From: the human T2T-CHM13v2.0 reference genome, Homo sapiens
Direction: 5' to 3' (one strand)
NCBI RefSeq assembly: GCF_009914755.1
Contig: NC_060925.1
Length of the DNA stretch: 64,000 bases
Part shown: positions 32,203 to 47,330 of the stretch, piece after piece
Position numbering within the stretch: the stretch's first letter is position 1
How the letters are laid out: each line of letters starts with the position of its first letter
Position numbers and translations under genes: made by a program
Notes under the pieces: generated by a model
The model's database searches: none
Seen by the model: the letters and a program-made list of their open reading frames with translations, nothing else
What the model was told of the DNA's origin: nothing

Positions 32203-32349
32203 CGGAGGGTGATGGCTCTTGCCACAGGATCATTACTATGAATCACAGAAAAAATTCTCTTCACAAATTCATCCACATTTAGAATCTTCTCCAAATGTTT
32301 CTCACTTTGTTGGGTAACTTTAAGAACACATAGCCTCAGGAAATTATTT
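32203..32349 (-). CDS. INTS7: INTS7 exon 3
   Basis: ttctag|A AAT AAT..., NNFLRLCVLKVTQQSEKHLEKILNVDEFVKRIFSVIHSNDPVARAITLR, CG|gtatat; 147 nt. Confidence 0.95.
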
Positions 32350-33163
32350 CTAGAAAAACCAGAAATAAATTAGGTCACTTTAGAAAGTAATATTTAATTA
32401 GGAACCAAAGCAACACTAATAATATTAAATTTTAGCAACACACAAATATTTTTCAATCTTAACATTATTTGTTTAACTACTAAAAGAGTTAAAGTTTGTA
32501 CTTTAGGTGGACATTAAGCATAAGCAGTGAGCTATGCTACAGTCTTGCTGCAAGACACCAAAATGGCAGTGACACAAGGAGAAGACCTAGAGCAGAACTA
32601 AATCTCCTCAAACTATATTATAACCAAGGCCAGGAAATCAGACGGTCTTTCTCTTCTCTTGGGCTTATTCCACAACTTCTTTTCTCCTTCCAGTGTGGTA
32701 TTGTGTGCATATGAGCACGAGTGCATGGAGAATGGCAGAAAGCAGCAGAAGATGGAATGGTCGGGGGAGAAAAAGCAAATAGGCATGTATTCAGTGCTTA
32801 CATGTTTCAGGTACTTCACAGACATGCATCTCATGCTATAAAATAAATTATTAAATTAAATCAGAAACTTCTCAAAAACAATCTGTACAAAGACACAGAT
32901 TTTCCTGAAGTACACAGTAAAATATTAAAGTTGTCTTAATTTTATTCTGTTCTCCAAAGAAATAAGTATCGTCTAAATTATACTCTTCATTTTGCTTTAA
33001 ATGTCATTAAATCTCACACTGATGTGCTGCACACAGTCATGTGTGTCCACTAATGGTAACTAACCAGGTGGAAGTACTAAAAGGCAAAAAGAAAAAGACC
33101 ACAATATAAAACAAGAAATATGAACAAAGTACTTTAGGACATCGAGAATTTAAAAAGACTTAC

Positions 33164-33293
33164 CCAACTCTGAAAACATCAGCTAACTTTAGGAATGCAG
33201 AATTGATAAGAATAGGGAATGGATACTTCTGAAAAAGTCTGGGAAAGCGAACAACTGCTTCACACTGTTCACCAAGTTTGCCAGATCTTAGGC
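33164..33293 (-). CDS. INTS7: INTS7 exon 2
   Basis: ccatag|GC CTA AGA..., GLRSGKLGEQCEAVVRFPRLFQKYPFPILINSAFLKLADVFRVG, GG|gtaagt; 130 nt, phase consistent. Confidence 0.95.
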
Positions 33294-33644
33294 CTATGGA
33301 AAAAAAAAAGCACAGAGAGGGAAGAACAGTTTGCATATTTGTGGCTACAAAGCAAAAATAGCAAATATAATTTACTAGATAGTAAAGAAATAATCATTCT
33401 TAAGAAGCAGGTAAAGTATAATTCATTACCCTTTTAAAAGTAAAAATGGTATATTGAAATAGTAATCTGGAAATCGCTACTTTTAGATACATAATAATGA
33501 AAAAAAATTTTTTAAAGGTAAGAGTTAAGAATATTCAAAGCCATAAAATAAATCTCAACACATTTAAAAGGACTGAAATCATACAACGTATGTTTTCTGA
33601 CCACATGGAATTAAATTAGAAATAAGAAAAAAAAAAGCACGTTT

Positions 33645-33960
33645 AACCCATAGGTGGCTCATGCTTGTAATCTCAACACTTTGGAAGGCTGGGAAAAGAA
33701 GGACTGCTTGAGCTCAGGAGTTCATGACCAGCCTGAACAACACAGTCAGACCTCATCTCTTAAAAAAAAAAAAAAAAAAAAAATCCAAGTGTGGTTGTGT
33801 GTGCCTGTGGACCCAGCTACTGAGGAGGCTGAGGTGGACGAATCACTTGAGCCTGGGAAGTTGAAGCTGCAGTGAGCTGTGATTGTGTCACGGTGCTCCA
33901 GCCTGGGCAGCAGTGCAAGACCCCATCTCAAAAAAAATTTTTTAATAACAAATAAATAAA
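33645..33960 (+). mobile_element. Alu (J-like)
   Basis: Dimeric Alu with long middle A tract. Confidence 0.85.
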
Positions 33961-34822
33961 TAACCCACAGCTGAAAGAAGAAATTAGAAAAATATTTTGA
34001 ACTGAATGAAAATAAAAGCACAATCTATGGGATGCAACTAGAGTAGTGCTTCAAGGAACATTTATAACATTGAAGGTTTATATCAAGAAAGAAGAAAGTT
34101 CTCAAATCAATGATCTAACACAGGTACCAACATAATTCAATGTGGAAACAATAATCTTTGAAACGTGATTCTGGAAAAACTAGATAAGCATAAGCAACAA
34201 GAATCAACCTCCACCCTTAACTTGCATCATACACAAAAATTAACTCAAAATGAACCACAGACCTCAGTGTAAGAGCTAAAATTATAAACTATGTAGAAGA
34301 AGACATAGAGACAATTTTTATGAGCTTAGGTTAGGCAAAGAATTCTTAGATAAAACAAAAGGCATAAACCATAAAATAAAAAAGTGCTAAGTTAAATTCC
34401 ATCAAAATTTAAAACTTCTGCTCTTCAAAAGACACTGTTAAGAAGACGAAAAGACAACCACATGCTGAAAGAAAACATTTACAAAACACATATGTGATAA
34501 AGGACTTCATCCACAGTTGTTGTAATTCCATAATACAAACCAACTTTTTAAATGGACAAGAATTGAAGAGAAATTTCATTGAGGAAGAAATATGTATGGC
34601 AAATATAAGCACATGAACAGATGCTCAACAGTGTCATCAGGGAAATGACAATTTAAAACTCCACTAAGATACCATTACACATTCACTAGAATGGCAAAAA
34701 CTTTAAAAAGACCAACAATGTCAAGTGCTAATGAGGATATGGGATAACTATAACTCTCATACCTTGTTAGTGGGAATGTAAAACTGTACAGCTCTTTTGA
34801 CAACCCTCTGGCTCTTTCCTTT

Positions 34823-36540
34823 ACTTTTCATTTTTCTTTTATTTTAGATTCAGGGGGTACATGTGCAAGTTTGCTAATGGGTATACTGTGAGATGCTGAA
34901 GTCTGGGGTACGCATGATCCCATTACCCAGGTAGTGAGCATAGTACCCAATAAGCAGTTTTTCAACTCTTCCCCTCTCCCTCCCTTCCTCCCTACTTTTA
35001 AAAGTCCCCAGTGTCTACTGTTCCTCTCTTTATGTCCATGTGTACCCAATGCTTAGCTCCCACTTATAAGTGAGAACCTACAGTATTTGGTTTTCTGTTC
35101 CTACATTAATCTGCTTAGGGTAATGGCCTCCAGCTGCATCCATGTTGCTGCAAAAGACATGTTTTCATTCTTTTTTATGGCTGCATAGTATTCCATGGTA
35201 TATATGTACCATGTTTTCTTTATCCAATCCATGACTGACAGGCATCTAGGTTGATTCCACATCTTTGCTATTGTTAACAGTGCTGGGATAAACATATGAG
35301 TACATGTGTCTTTTGGGCAGAATGATTTATTTTCCTTTGTGTATATATCCAGTAATGGGATTACTGGGTTGAATGGCAGTTCTAAGTTCTTTGAGAAATC
35401 TCCAAACTGCTTTCTACACTGGCTGAACTAATTTATATTCCCACCAACAGTGTATATATAAGCATTCCCTTTTCTTCACAGCCTCACAGCATGTTATTTT
35501 TTGACTTTTCAATAATAGCCATTTTGACTGGTGTGAGATGGTATCTTACTATGGTTTTAATTTACATTTCTCTGATGATTACTGAAGCTGAGCATTTTTT
35601 TCATGTTTGTTGACTGCTTGTATGTCTTCTTTTGAGAATGCTTTTTCATGTCCTTTGCCCACTTTTTAATAGGGTTATTTGGTTTTTGCTTGTTGAATTA
35701 AGTTCCTTATAGACTCTAGATATTACACCTTTGTCACATGCATAGTTTGCAAATATTTTCTCCCATTCTGTAGGCTGTTTACTCTGTTGATAGTTTCTTT
35801 TGCTGTGCAGATGCTCTTCTGCTTAATTAGGTCCCACTTGTCCATTTTTGGTTTTGTTGCAATTGCTTTTGAGGATTTAGTCACAAATTCTTTCCCAATG
35901 CTGATTTTCTTCTAGGATTCTTAGAGTTTGAGGTCTTACATTTGAATATTTAATCCACCTTAATTTTTGTATATGGTGAAAGGTAGGGGTCCAGTTTCAT
36001 TCTTCTGCATAGGGCTAGCCAGCTATCCCTGTACCATTTATTGCATAGGGAGTCCTTTTCCCATTGCTTATTTTTATCGACTTTGTTGAAGATCAGATGG
36101 CTGCAGGTGTGCAGCTTTATCTCTGGGTTCTCTATTCTGCTGTCTATGTGACTGTGTGTGTACCAGTACCATGCTGTTTTGGTTACTGTGGCCTTACAAA
36201 ATAGTTTGAAATTGGGTAATGTGATGCCTTCAGTTTTGTTAGTTTGCTTAGGATTGGTTTGGCTATTTACGCTCTTTTTTGGTTCCATATGAATTTTAGA
36301 AGAGTTTTTTTTTTCTAATTCTGTGAAAAATGATGTTGATAGTTTGATAGTAATAGCACTCTGTAGATTGCTTTGGGCAGTTTGGCCATTTTAATGATAT
36401 TGATTCTTCCAATCCATGAGCATGGAATGTTTTTCCATTTGTGTCACCTAAGATTCCTTTTGGTAGTGTTTTGTAGTTCTCGTTGTAGAGATCTTTCACC
36501 TCCTTGGTTAGATGTATTCCTAGGCATTTTATTTTTTGTT
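34823..36540 (-). mobile_element. L1PA (older primate subfamily) 3' ~1.7 kb
   Basis: ORF2 C-terminal peptides on minus strand ([20 protein letters not shown]; MWNQPRC..W...YTMEYYAAIKKNE) plus L1PA 3'UTR. Confidence 0.9.
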
Positions 36541-36811
36541 TGGTCTTTCTTAATGCAGGTAAACATACTATATACATAGCAATACTACTTTCAGCTATTT
36601 ATCCAAATGAAATGAAAACATATGTCCACACAAACATCTGTATGCAAATATTCACAGCAGCTTTATTCATTAATAGCCCCAAACTGGAAACACATATGTT
36701 AATCAACTAGTGGATGAATAAACAAATTGTGGTATATCCATACAATGAACTACTACTCAGCAATAAAAAAGGAACCAGTTACTGATGCATACAACAACAA
36801 AGGTGGATCTC

Positions 36812-37268
36812 TGTTGTGCAGCTTTGAAATGATTACAAACACATAGTCTGCTATTGTGAGTGAAATTTTCTGCTGTGATAAGAACATGGAGTGTAATCTC
36901 CCTCCCTGATGACATGGCTCCTAGCATTGAAAATCTTGTTGTCATCATGGATCTCCACTGTTGGTCTGATCATCTCTCCAGAGAACATCTCATAGAAAGG
37001 TACACCTCAAACTTCAATTAGACTACATTCACAGAGGCCTGTTTCCATCCTAAATGCGCAACTAGACTTTACTAATTTGACTCTAAATGAAACTAGTATT
37101 CACTCACATGTGGTTTCTGGACTTTGTCTATCAAACGTGTTCCCTGTGAGATGTGTTCTTGTTATTCTCCCTCTCTAAACATTGTGAAAAAGGCAGGGAA
37201 AATTCTTTCTGTATGGTAATAAACTGCGTGATTTGTGAAATCATACCTTATTTTAACCACATAAAACG
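36812..37268 (+). mobile_element. Probable solo ERV LTR (family not assigned)
   Basis: 457-bp insert splitting the L1; starts TG, AATAAA near end, flanked by 5-bp direct repeat ATCTC (36807-36811, 37269-37273). Confidence 0.6.
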
Positions 37269-37642
37269 ATCTCAAAATCATTATGCTGAGTGAAAGAAGC
37301 CAGACCTGAAGGACTACACTTAACTTACTGTATCATTCTATTTTATATGACATTATGGAAGAGGCAAAACTATAGGGATAAAAAACAGATTGGTGGTAGC
37401 CAGGAGCTAGAGAGAGGGAACTGACTGCACAGGGGCATGAGGAAAGTTTTTGGGGTAAAGGAAATATTCTATGTCTTGACTATGGTCATGGTTTCATGAC
37501 TGCATACATTTGGTGAATTTTATCTGATACAAATTATACCTCACTAAATCTGATATTTAAAAAATTAAAAAAAAAACCCAACCAAGAAAAAAGAGTTAAT
37601 ATTCAATTTTCTAAAAAATGCATTAAGAATTTGCCCTTTCTT

Positions 37643-37764
37643 ATGCCCTTTTAAGGTTGATGTGGTGCTTTAAGAAGCTAACATAGAAGGATAAAGTAAG
37701 TCTCTACAAAACCCAGAGAAGAGACTGGAAAACTCCTCTCTGGATCCTGCCTGGAGTCACAGCT
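37643..37764 (+). ncRNA. SNORA26: SNORA26-like H/ACA snoRNA retrocopy
   Basis: 122 nt resembling recalled SNORA26 (TGCCCTTTTAAGGTTGA...GGATCCTG..TGGAGTCACA); H box AAAGTA 37693-37698, ACA 37759-37761 three nt from end; A15 tail and imperfect TSD. Confidence 0.82.
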
Positions 37765-37955
37765 GTACCAGGAAAAAAAAAAAAAAATTCACTAAGAGTG
37801 AATACCTTGGTAAGGATTTAACAGCATCAATTTCAAATGTCTCTGTTTAGTATTTTACCAGTCACAAAATGCTGATTATGTCCTCACAGGAATAAGTATC
37901 TTAGAATATCTCTGTCCAGTAACCTTTGATTATTCTTAAAAAAAACAACAAAGGA

Positions 37956-38266
<311 letters not shown>

Positions 38267-39919
38267 CTAGTTGCCACAATGTTTCATACAAAAGACAACC
38301 ACAAAGTAAAACTGCATAGGTAATTTCTATCATTTACTAATGGGTGATGTTCCGTAATGCACTCATGTTAGTTATTCAGTACTTAGAACATTATTTCCTC
38401 ATAGGAAAATAATAGCACTATCGGCACTCACAGTACTCTGGAACCTAATAACCATTTATAATAAATGTTTCTATGGGAAAATTAATTAACATTTCTAACT
38501 GAGATAGAACACATCCCTCCTTCATCTGCTCCCTCCTCCCCTTCACCCTCTTACACACACAAAGAACTGCCTCTGAAGCTCTAGAAATCCTTTTCCTATC
38601 AAACACAACGCCAAAAGGGATAATTCTAAGTAGCTGGCAGTGTGGCTCATGTAGCCTTAAAGGCTTTTCTAAAAGCCTGATATGAAAAACGGGTCAAGGG
38701 ACACACAGGGCAGAGAAGGGGAAAGACATAGCTGAGGATGGAGGTGAGAAGGAACAGAGATGTGTGCTTACGTATATGTGTTGGCAAAGGGGTTGAAAAA
38801 ATCCACAGTAATTGGATTGTTTCATTTTCTTCTCACTGTCAGTAGCTGAGTTAGATACAAAGGATGGTAAAGTTCTGTTTGTAATGAATTAACCTTGGCT
38901 GAGATGAAAAAGGCATAGTAGGAAACAGCCTATGTACAGGTAGTCTCCTTGACAGAATATAATCATGTTTTATCTTCCCTTGAAAAACAGAACCAAAGAC
39001 CATATTGATTTGTTTAAACATGCTGATTTAAAATGTACCAAAGATTATTTTGAATGAAGCGAGAGAATGTTTTGATTTATCTAATATCATCAAACTTTTT
39101 TCTCTGAGATAAAATAGACTCTCATTCCTCTGTAACAACGCCACGGGGTAAATGAACTAAAGAATATTAAACCTCTTCTGTATTTTCTGATGTAAGAGCC
39201 CTCCTTAGGAAAGAGGTAGTGAGAATTCAGGCTGGCTCCGAAGGACAGGAGCTAAGGTGAAAAAGAAGGAAAAAGTGCTTTAAAGGCCTATTACTTAGCA
39301 ACAGCCCTGGGTTGGGGTAGTATGGTACTCATCTTGCTTGCTCTAGGCCAATTTTGTAAGCACTGGAAAACAGGAGCTCAGCACGTTCCAGTTCTAGTAT
39401 AAGAGGGGCTAGACATTTTATTTGTATTGCTTGCTACAGGAAGAATGCCCTGGTCATAAGACCACTAATCATAAGAATACTACTGTAAGCCCAGAGATAA
39501 GATTAAGAAGGAGGGATGTGATTGCTATACCTACATTTTATTTTGTATTCTTCCACCAAAAAAAAACAAAAACAAAAACAGATCTCTCTTCCTTTTCTGT
39601 GCCTGGACTTAAACAGTGCTTAACTCAGTTGCAACATGCATGTAGACCAGGGAAACTAAAATAGGCTGTAAAATCATTTATTCATTCAAAATTCATTTGG
39701 CAGTAGTAAAGCATTCATTATTCTAACATTATTTCGCACTTAAAGTGTGCAGAGCTTTTTGCCAGGCTAGTGGTTTTCAGCTTGGTTCTGCATCAGCAAT
39801 ATCTGCTAAGTTTTTGAAAAATATCTATGCTATGGGTTTTACTCCAAACCTACTAAATATATGGGGCAGAGTCCCAGGCATCTGTTTAACTACTTTGAAA
39901 AGGTTGGCATCGAGATTCC

Positions 39920-40232
<313 letters not shown>

Positions 40233-40799
40233 TAACTTCTGCCACTTGATAACTTATTTAACTAGCCTGCCCACACTGATTATACTGGAGTTAGAAAACT
40301 ACTAGGCTGCTGAATTTGGTCCTCAGAATGCTTTTATCTGGCACAATGTTTTTAAAGGTTTCGAACACACTGTCAAGTTTTACAAATCATACTTCACATA
40401 AAACCCCAGGATCTCTGGTTTTAGAAAAGTAAAAGATCTAAAATCTTACTGAAGAAGGTAGAAGTGTCTGACCAAAGAAACATAGTAGTACTGCAGAAAC
40501 ATTACAGTACTGCAGGTCCATGTTGAAGGTCAGTGTAGATTCGGCTCCCATTTATGATGATAGCCATGTACCCCACTGTATGACTTTCTGCAGCAATTTT
40601 TGACTGCCTTTGGGGATACATGAGTAGAATGGAACCTTGGATGTGAATTTAAAGTACTGGTAAGAAAGTAAATGCAGTTAATAAAATGAAGGACCATGAA
40701 ATCTAAGCTGAACAAAGAAGTAAAACAGGTACAGAAATGTAGAGAGGTGAAATACCGAGGTCTGAATGAAAATAAAGACTAGCCAAAATAGCAGTTAAT

Positions 40800-41050
40800 C
40801 ATAATGATAATGATGATACACATGAAGTGCTTATTCTGTGCCAGTCACTTTAAGCACTTTGCATGTATTAAAGTCTCACTAAAAATCACATAAATTAGGT
40901 ACCATTATTTTCCCCATTTGAAAGGTGAGGAAACAGGCACAGACAAGCTAAGCAATTTGCGTAAGAAACAACAATGCTGACAAATGACAGAGCTGGGATT
41001 CAAATTCTGGCAATGTAGCTCCAAAGGCTATAGTGCTAACCACTATGCTA
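40800..41050 (-). mobile_element. MIR SINE
   Basis: CCCCATTTGAAAGGTGAGGAAACAGGCACAGA...GCTGGGATTCAAA core. Confidence 0.7.
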
Positions 41051-42373
41051 AAATGCATCTCTAGCAAGCAACTAGAAAGAAAGAGATTAAGATTCAAGAA
41101 TGAGACATTTAAATTAGTGATTAAATGGTGGAATTCTGAGGTGATGAATTCTAGGGAATTAGGGGAATACCATAAATTATGGTAAACTTGGGGTTTGGGA
41201 TACACATTAATCAAGTTTTCAAAACAGCACAAATCTCCAAGTAGCATCTATCAGCAGTTCTTAGCTGCAAGCAACAGAAGCTAACTCTGGCTTATGAGGC
41301 AGAAAATGAGTTTATTAAAAGCTTAAGAAACAATTTTAAGGCTAAATTTCTAGGAACACCTAATACCACACTACCCAACCAACTGGATGGAAGAACCCTG
41401 TCTTTGATAGGAAACACCAGATGCAACAATTAGCTCTGCTGTCATCTAGGAATATCGTAGCCATTGTTGTTGCTGCTGTAAGCTAGAAATACTGCTGCTG
41501 CCATGGCAGAACTGTGAGTGGACACTTCAACTCTTCCTTCTTGCATCTCTAACTTCTAAATCAGACAGTGTGAAGGAGGTGTGTCTGACTGGCAGAGCCT
41601 AAGTCAGATCCTGCACTCTTGCAAGGGAAACTAGGAAATAAGTTTTTGCTTCTACCTTAGTAAGACAAGGTTCATGATATGGGACATTCCTTAAGCATAA
41701 AAAGAGTGTTCAAAATATATTAAGCAACCATCAACATAACTAACATCCACTACAAAGAACACCACAAATAAAGCATTACCAAACAAACACAATTTAGGAC
41801 AATTTGTGACATACATTTGCTTTAGCTAAGAGATGAGGATGATTCAAAATTGAACCATAACACGAACATATCTTAAAATCTATACATTAATAAAAGGTGT
41901 GTGGGGGGACATGGGTAGAAACATGAACACAAACATACAACCCACAGCTTAAAAAATTGATGGCAAAGCCCATTTTTATATTTAAAAAGCAGAAATAGAA
42001 ACAAGTAAAATGACAGTGAAAACTAATGATGCATTAATAAGGCAGCATCCATCCCCCAAATTTCAGAAAATGTCTGTAAACGTACATGGCAAGATGTATG
42101 CAACATCATCCAGTATGCACATGAGAATACTAATCTAGAATTCTAAACAAATTTGAGTTTATGGATACCAACTTCTAGGAATATTTAATAACCCACTTTG
42201 CAAATTCCAAGACAGTAAATCTTAGTTATATATAAGAATGAGTCTGTGGGTTTCAGTAAAAACTTGAATTTTTGGATTAGTTCATAGCCCATCAAGGAAT
42301 TACCAACCAGGCTGCTGGTTTTTATGTTGCATTAAGTTGCCCAGAGTCTCACCTTAGCTTCAATTCTACATGA

Positions 42374-42675
<302 letters not shown>

Positions 42676-44549
42676 TAATTCTATATGATTTTATAGGTCC
42701 GCTTCTCAACACTCTCAGACTAAGTGTGGTCTGGCAGCAGAGATTCTCAGGAGAAAGAATTTGACTCAGTGTGGGTCACATGCCTACTTCTGAATCAATC
42801 AGTTATGGTATGGAATTAGTCACCTGGAACAAATCTGGCTGCTGAGGCCTTTCTCTTGAGGAGGGCCTATGAAGATACTTCCCCAAAGGCCTCATATTTG
42901 TTTACTGAAACACCAACAACATCTGAGCCATATCGATAATGTAAAAGCAATCTGTGGTCTTTCTTGACAAACTTTTTTGATGGTCTGAGAATTCAGGTAT
43001 TTTGGAATACAGGTGAGGTGACACCGTCTAAGGGGGAAATTAGAGTGCAGAGACAGTTGTCCTGATTCACATCATTTCTCTATTTCATAACTAAATTTTT
43101 CATTAAGCACACCATCAAGGTTTTTCACACAGCATTACATTCACCAGCACCTCTAGTAACAAATCTATCCTCTATATTTCCTCCCTTCCCATTGCATCAG
43201 CTGCAAGAAAGGGAATGAGTCACTGCTCTCTTCCCCATTGCTTTCATCTCATCCTTTCCAAGGTCAACATTGCAGAAGGCAGATAGGCTGAATAATATCA
43301 TTTAAGAGACTCCTCTTTTCCCAGGGGGAAGGAGATCTTGCATAAGTTTTCCCAAATCATCAGGATAACCTTCCATCAGCTGATCTAAAAATGTTTAGAC
43401 TAAGAAATTATATTAGTGAAAAAGTTACACTAATTTTTGTGAGATGCATCCTTTATATTGCCAATTATGTATAGTAATGATCATATCATGAAATGTGTCA
43501 GATAAACATAAGCTGTAATGTATTTGATTATGACACTTAACTCTGCTTGTGTATGCTCAGTCTTACAGAAGCTCAAGCAGCATGGCCATCAGCCTACAAC
43601 TTTCAATGCCTTCCCATTGCACTCTGCACAAAATCCAACTTCTTGTCCTGACTAACGGCACCACATTTGATCTAGCATTGTCCATCTCCTTACATTTGTA
43701 TGCAATCTCCTTAAAGATGTCTTGTTTGCCAACATAGCCCCTAGTCTGAGTATAGAGCCTGAGACAATGCAGGTGGTCAGTAAATATCTGTTGAGTAAAT
43801 GAATGGCTATCACATGAAGGATGATTTTCCTGTTACTAACTACATCCTAAAGTAATGGAATTGAGTCAGCTTCAAAATAGTATTCACTTATTCCTATAGA
43901 GATCAGAAACAATCAGCTTACTGCCAATGCTTGCTCAAAAGGCTCAGAATAAAGTACAACAGTTATAAATATATAACAGGTTATGAATGGCAGCATTTCC
44001 TGAGTGTGTTTCTAAGGACACCAGTGCCACAAAATATTTCTTTAAAATAGCGTTCAAAGGTTACATCTTATGCCTAACTGACTAATCATCTCCATTTGGA
44101 TGTCTAAGAGACATCTCAAATTTAACATGACCCAAACTGATTTGATTTCAGTAAACAATACATACATCCTCCCAGTAGCTCATACCAAAAACCTCTAAGT
44201 TTTCTTGACCACTTACTCTTATATCCTCATCTAATCCATTAGCAAATCTTCTTGGCTCTACTTTGAAAGTATATCCAGAATCTCAGCACTTCACACATTT
44301 TCAGTGTCACCATCTCGGTCTAAGCCACTATTTTCTTTTCCCTGGATTGTTATAGTTGCCTTCTCATTGGTCTCCCTACTTGGGTCCCTGACCCTCCCCA
44401 CTTCAGTCTATTCTCAGCACAGTAGCCAGACTGATACTTTTCAAAGGAAAGTCAGATCATGTCACACACCTGCTGAAAATCCTCCATGGTTTCCTTTCTC
44501 ACTCAGAATGAAAGCCAGTCCTTTTGATGGCTTGCACGGCCCTACCTGA

Positions 44550-44865
<316 letters not shown>

Positions 44866-45886
44866 GACTCTGGTTATCTTTCTATACTCATTGCCTATTA
44901 CTTTGCTCCAGATAACTGCATGCAAAGGAGGCTTCTACCTCAGGGCCTTTGTACTTGCTGTTCTTCCACTTGATTGAGGAGGTCTTTCTTGCCTATACTT
45001 CATAAAATAAGAAATCAACTCCAGCCCCAGATCAGTTTTCTCCAGTCCCTTTCATTGCTTCATTTTCCTTTATAATATGTATCACTAACTGTCACGTTTG
45101 CTATATTTGCGGAGTGTCTGCATCTGCTGTCTAGAATGTAAGCTCTATAGGGGCAGGAGTTTTGTCTCATTAACTGCCATGTTCCTAGTACAAAGCCCGA
45201 TCAAATAAGTCATGTGTCTGAGTGTGTATGCTGAGGTGGGGGAGATATTTCAGAAACAGTATTCCTTGGAGTTTGGGAACGAAAAAAAGAGTTGGAACTT
45301 GTAGCCTTCTGACCTTTAGCTCACAAAACAGAAATACTTTAACAGGTACAAGATGAAATGACTCAATATTTAAAATACTCAACTATATTCTACACGAAAC
45401 TGGCTATTTCTATAACTTAATTTCCTAACAGCTTTAAAAGTTACTACAGATGAGATGAAAAAGAACAAGTCATCTTTCTGAGCCTGAGATTCACCTGTAA
45501 AACACTCACGCCAGGCATTGCTGGGAGGAGTGCAAATGATCACTTACTCTGTGTCTAAGATTGACACCTGATTTCTTTCCTACAGATATAAAATATTTTC
45601 ATTTCAACTCTTCTTTAAAAAGGAAAAATTGTGGTTTTTTTCTTACAACTGCAAAATTTGAGGAATTAAACCATTCTAGACTCCTCTTCAGTGCCCCATC
45701 TTTATCCCTGTTCCACAACCACTATCCTATTGTCAGCATGAGACAAGCTCAGCTGCACCAGAATGGTAGAAAATGTCCTTAGAACTCGTAGGGATATTAG
45801 ATATTATCCTGACCTGTAACTTTCACTGAGGAATAAGAAAGAAATGTATCAGAATGAGGAGGAAAGTGTTTGAAAAACACATTTAA

Positions 45887-46229
<343 letters not shown>

Positions 46230-47330
46230 CTAAAGATTTGGTAAGAGAAGGAAAAGTTCAACATAATTTTCTTGGTTGATGGGGGTGCACTAAAGATACT
46301 GAGACTCAACCAAAGGAATATCCCATTAGGGGGCTGTGAAATTTTTGTGTTTATCAAAATAAGGTAAAAGCTTTTTTAAGAGCCTGAGAAACTCTTATTT
46401 AGACTAACCCACTAAAAATATTCACAGTTTAAAAAATAAACAGAAAAAGAGTCCCAAAAAAGTTAATAGACATGTCCAACTCAGAAAACTGGGAAGTGGC
46501 TCAAACCCTTCTGAGTTCTAGTCCAGTTCTCCAACATTATATATTGGCTACGATTAATCAAGATTTAATTGTATACCAGCTGCCGAAATGTTTCCCGTAC
46601 AATAAAAATCCTCAATATGAAATAAAGGTTTCATATTACTAGTCGAGTTCTTTACTAACAAATTTCCGACCTTGCCTCCCATATCCACATCTAAGAAGGG
46701 AGGTATATCTCTTCAGCATTTACTAAATGCTTCTTTTGCATACCATTAAGTCACTTAATACAATTCTGCCGGCTCAATGGTACTGTACCCACTTTGCAGA
46801 CGACAAGCCGAGGCTAGATGAAGTTAATCATAAAATCAGCGGCATTGAAACTTAACTCAGTGTAACCCCAAAGCTCCCTCTACACCAAGCTGCTCCCTGT
46901 ACGGCAACAGAACTCCTGGAACTTGTCCGCAGAGAATGAGCAGGGCCCTTGCTTTTTTATGGTCTTGGCCAGGTTTAGCCTGCCTTGTAACCCGCAGGTA
47001 ACAGAGCTATGGAAATCAAATGAATCGCTGTCAAGTCGGTGCAAGATTACTATTCAGCACATTTCATGAAGACCTGGTCTCAACTGAACAGACTGAAAAC
47101 CAATTTCACAATTTCTTTGCAGTGTCTCTTAGAAACTAGCCACTGTCACTGCTTAGAAAATCGGGGGACTGCTCCCTCAAGTGGTCAAAACGGGCCTCTC
47201 ACTAGAGCTCGCTACTTGTTTAGCCGGTATAAGGCCAGTCACACAATCCTGCAAATTTCCCGCAACCTCCCGAAGGGGTCAAAGCCCACGCCCCAGCAAA
47301 AGCACAGGCGCTCCCCGCCCAGCGAAGACA

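Larger units (their letters stand above)
33520..37560 (+). mobile_element. Old L1 (L1MB-like) host element, interrupted by nested insertions
   Basis: L1 ORF2/3'UTR motifs resume after each insert (e.g. GATCTC|AAAATCATTATGCTGAGTGAAAGAAGCCAGAC). Confidence 0.75.

Noticed and set aside
35101-36577. ORFs resembling L1 ORF2p
   Set aside because: Fragmented, frameshifted, 5'-truncated L1; same for 58501-58963.
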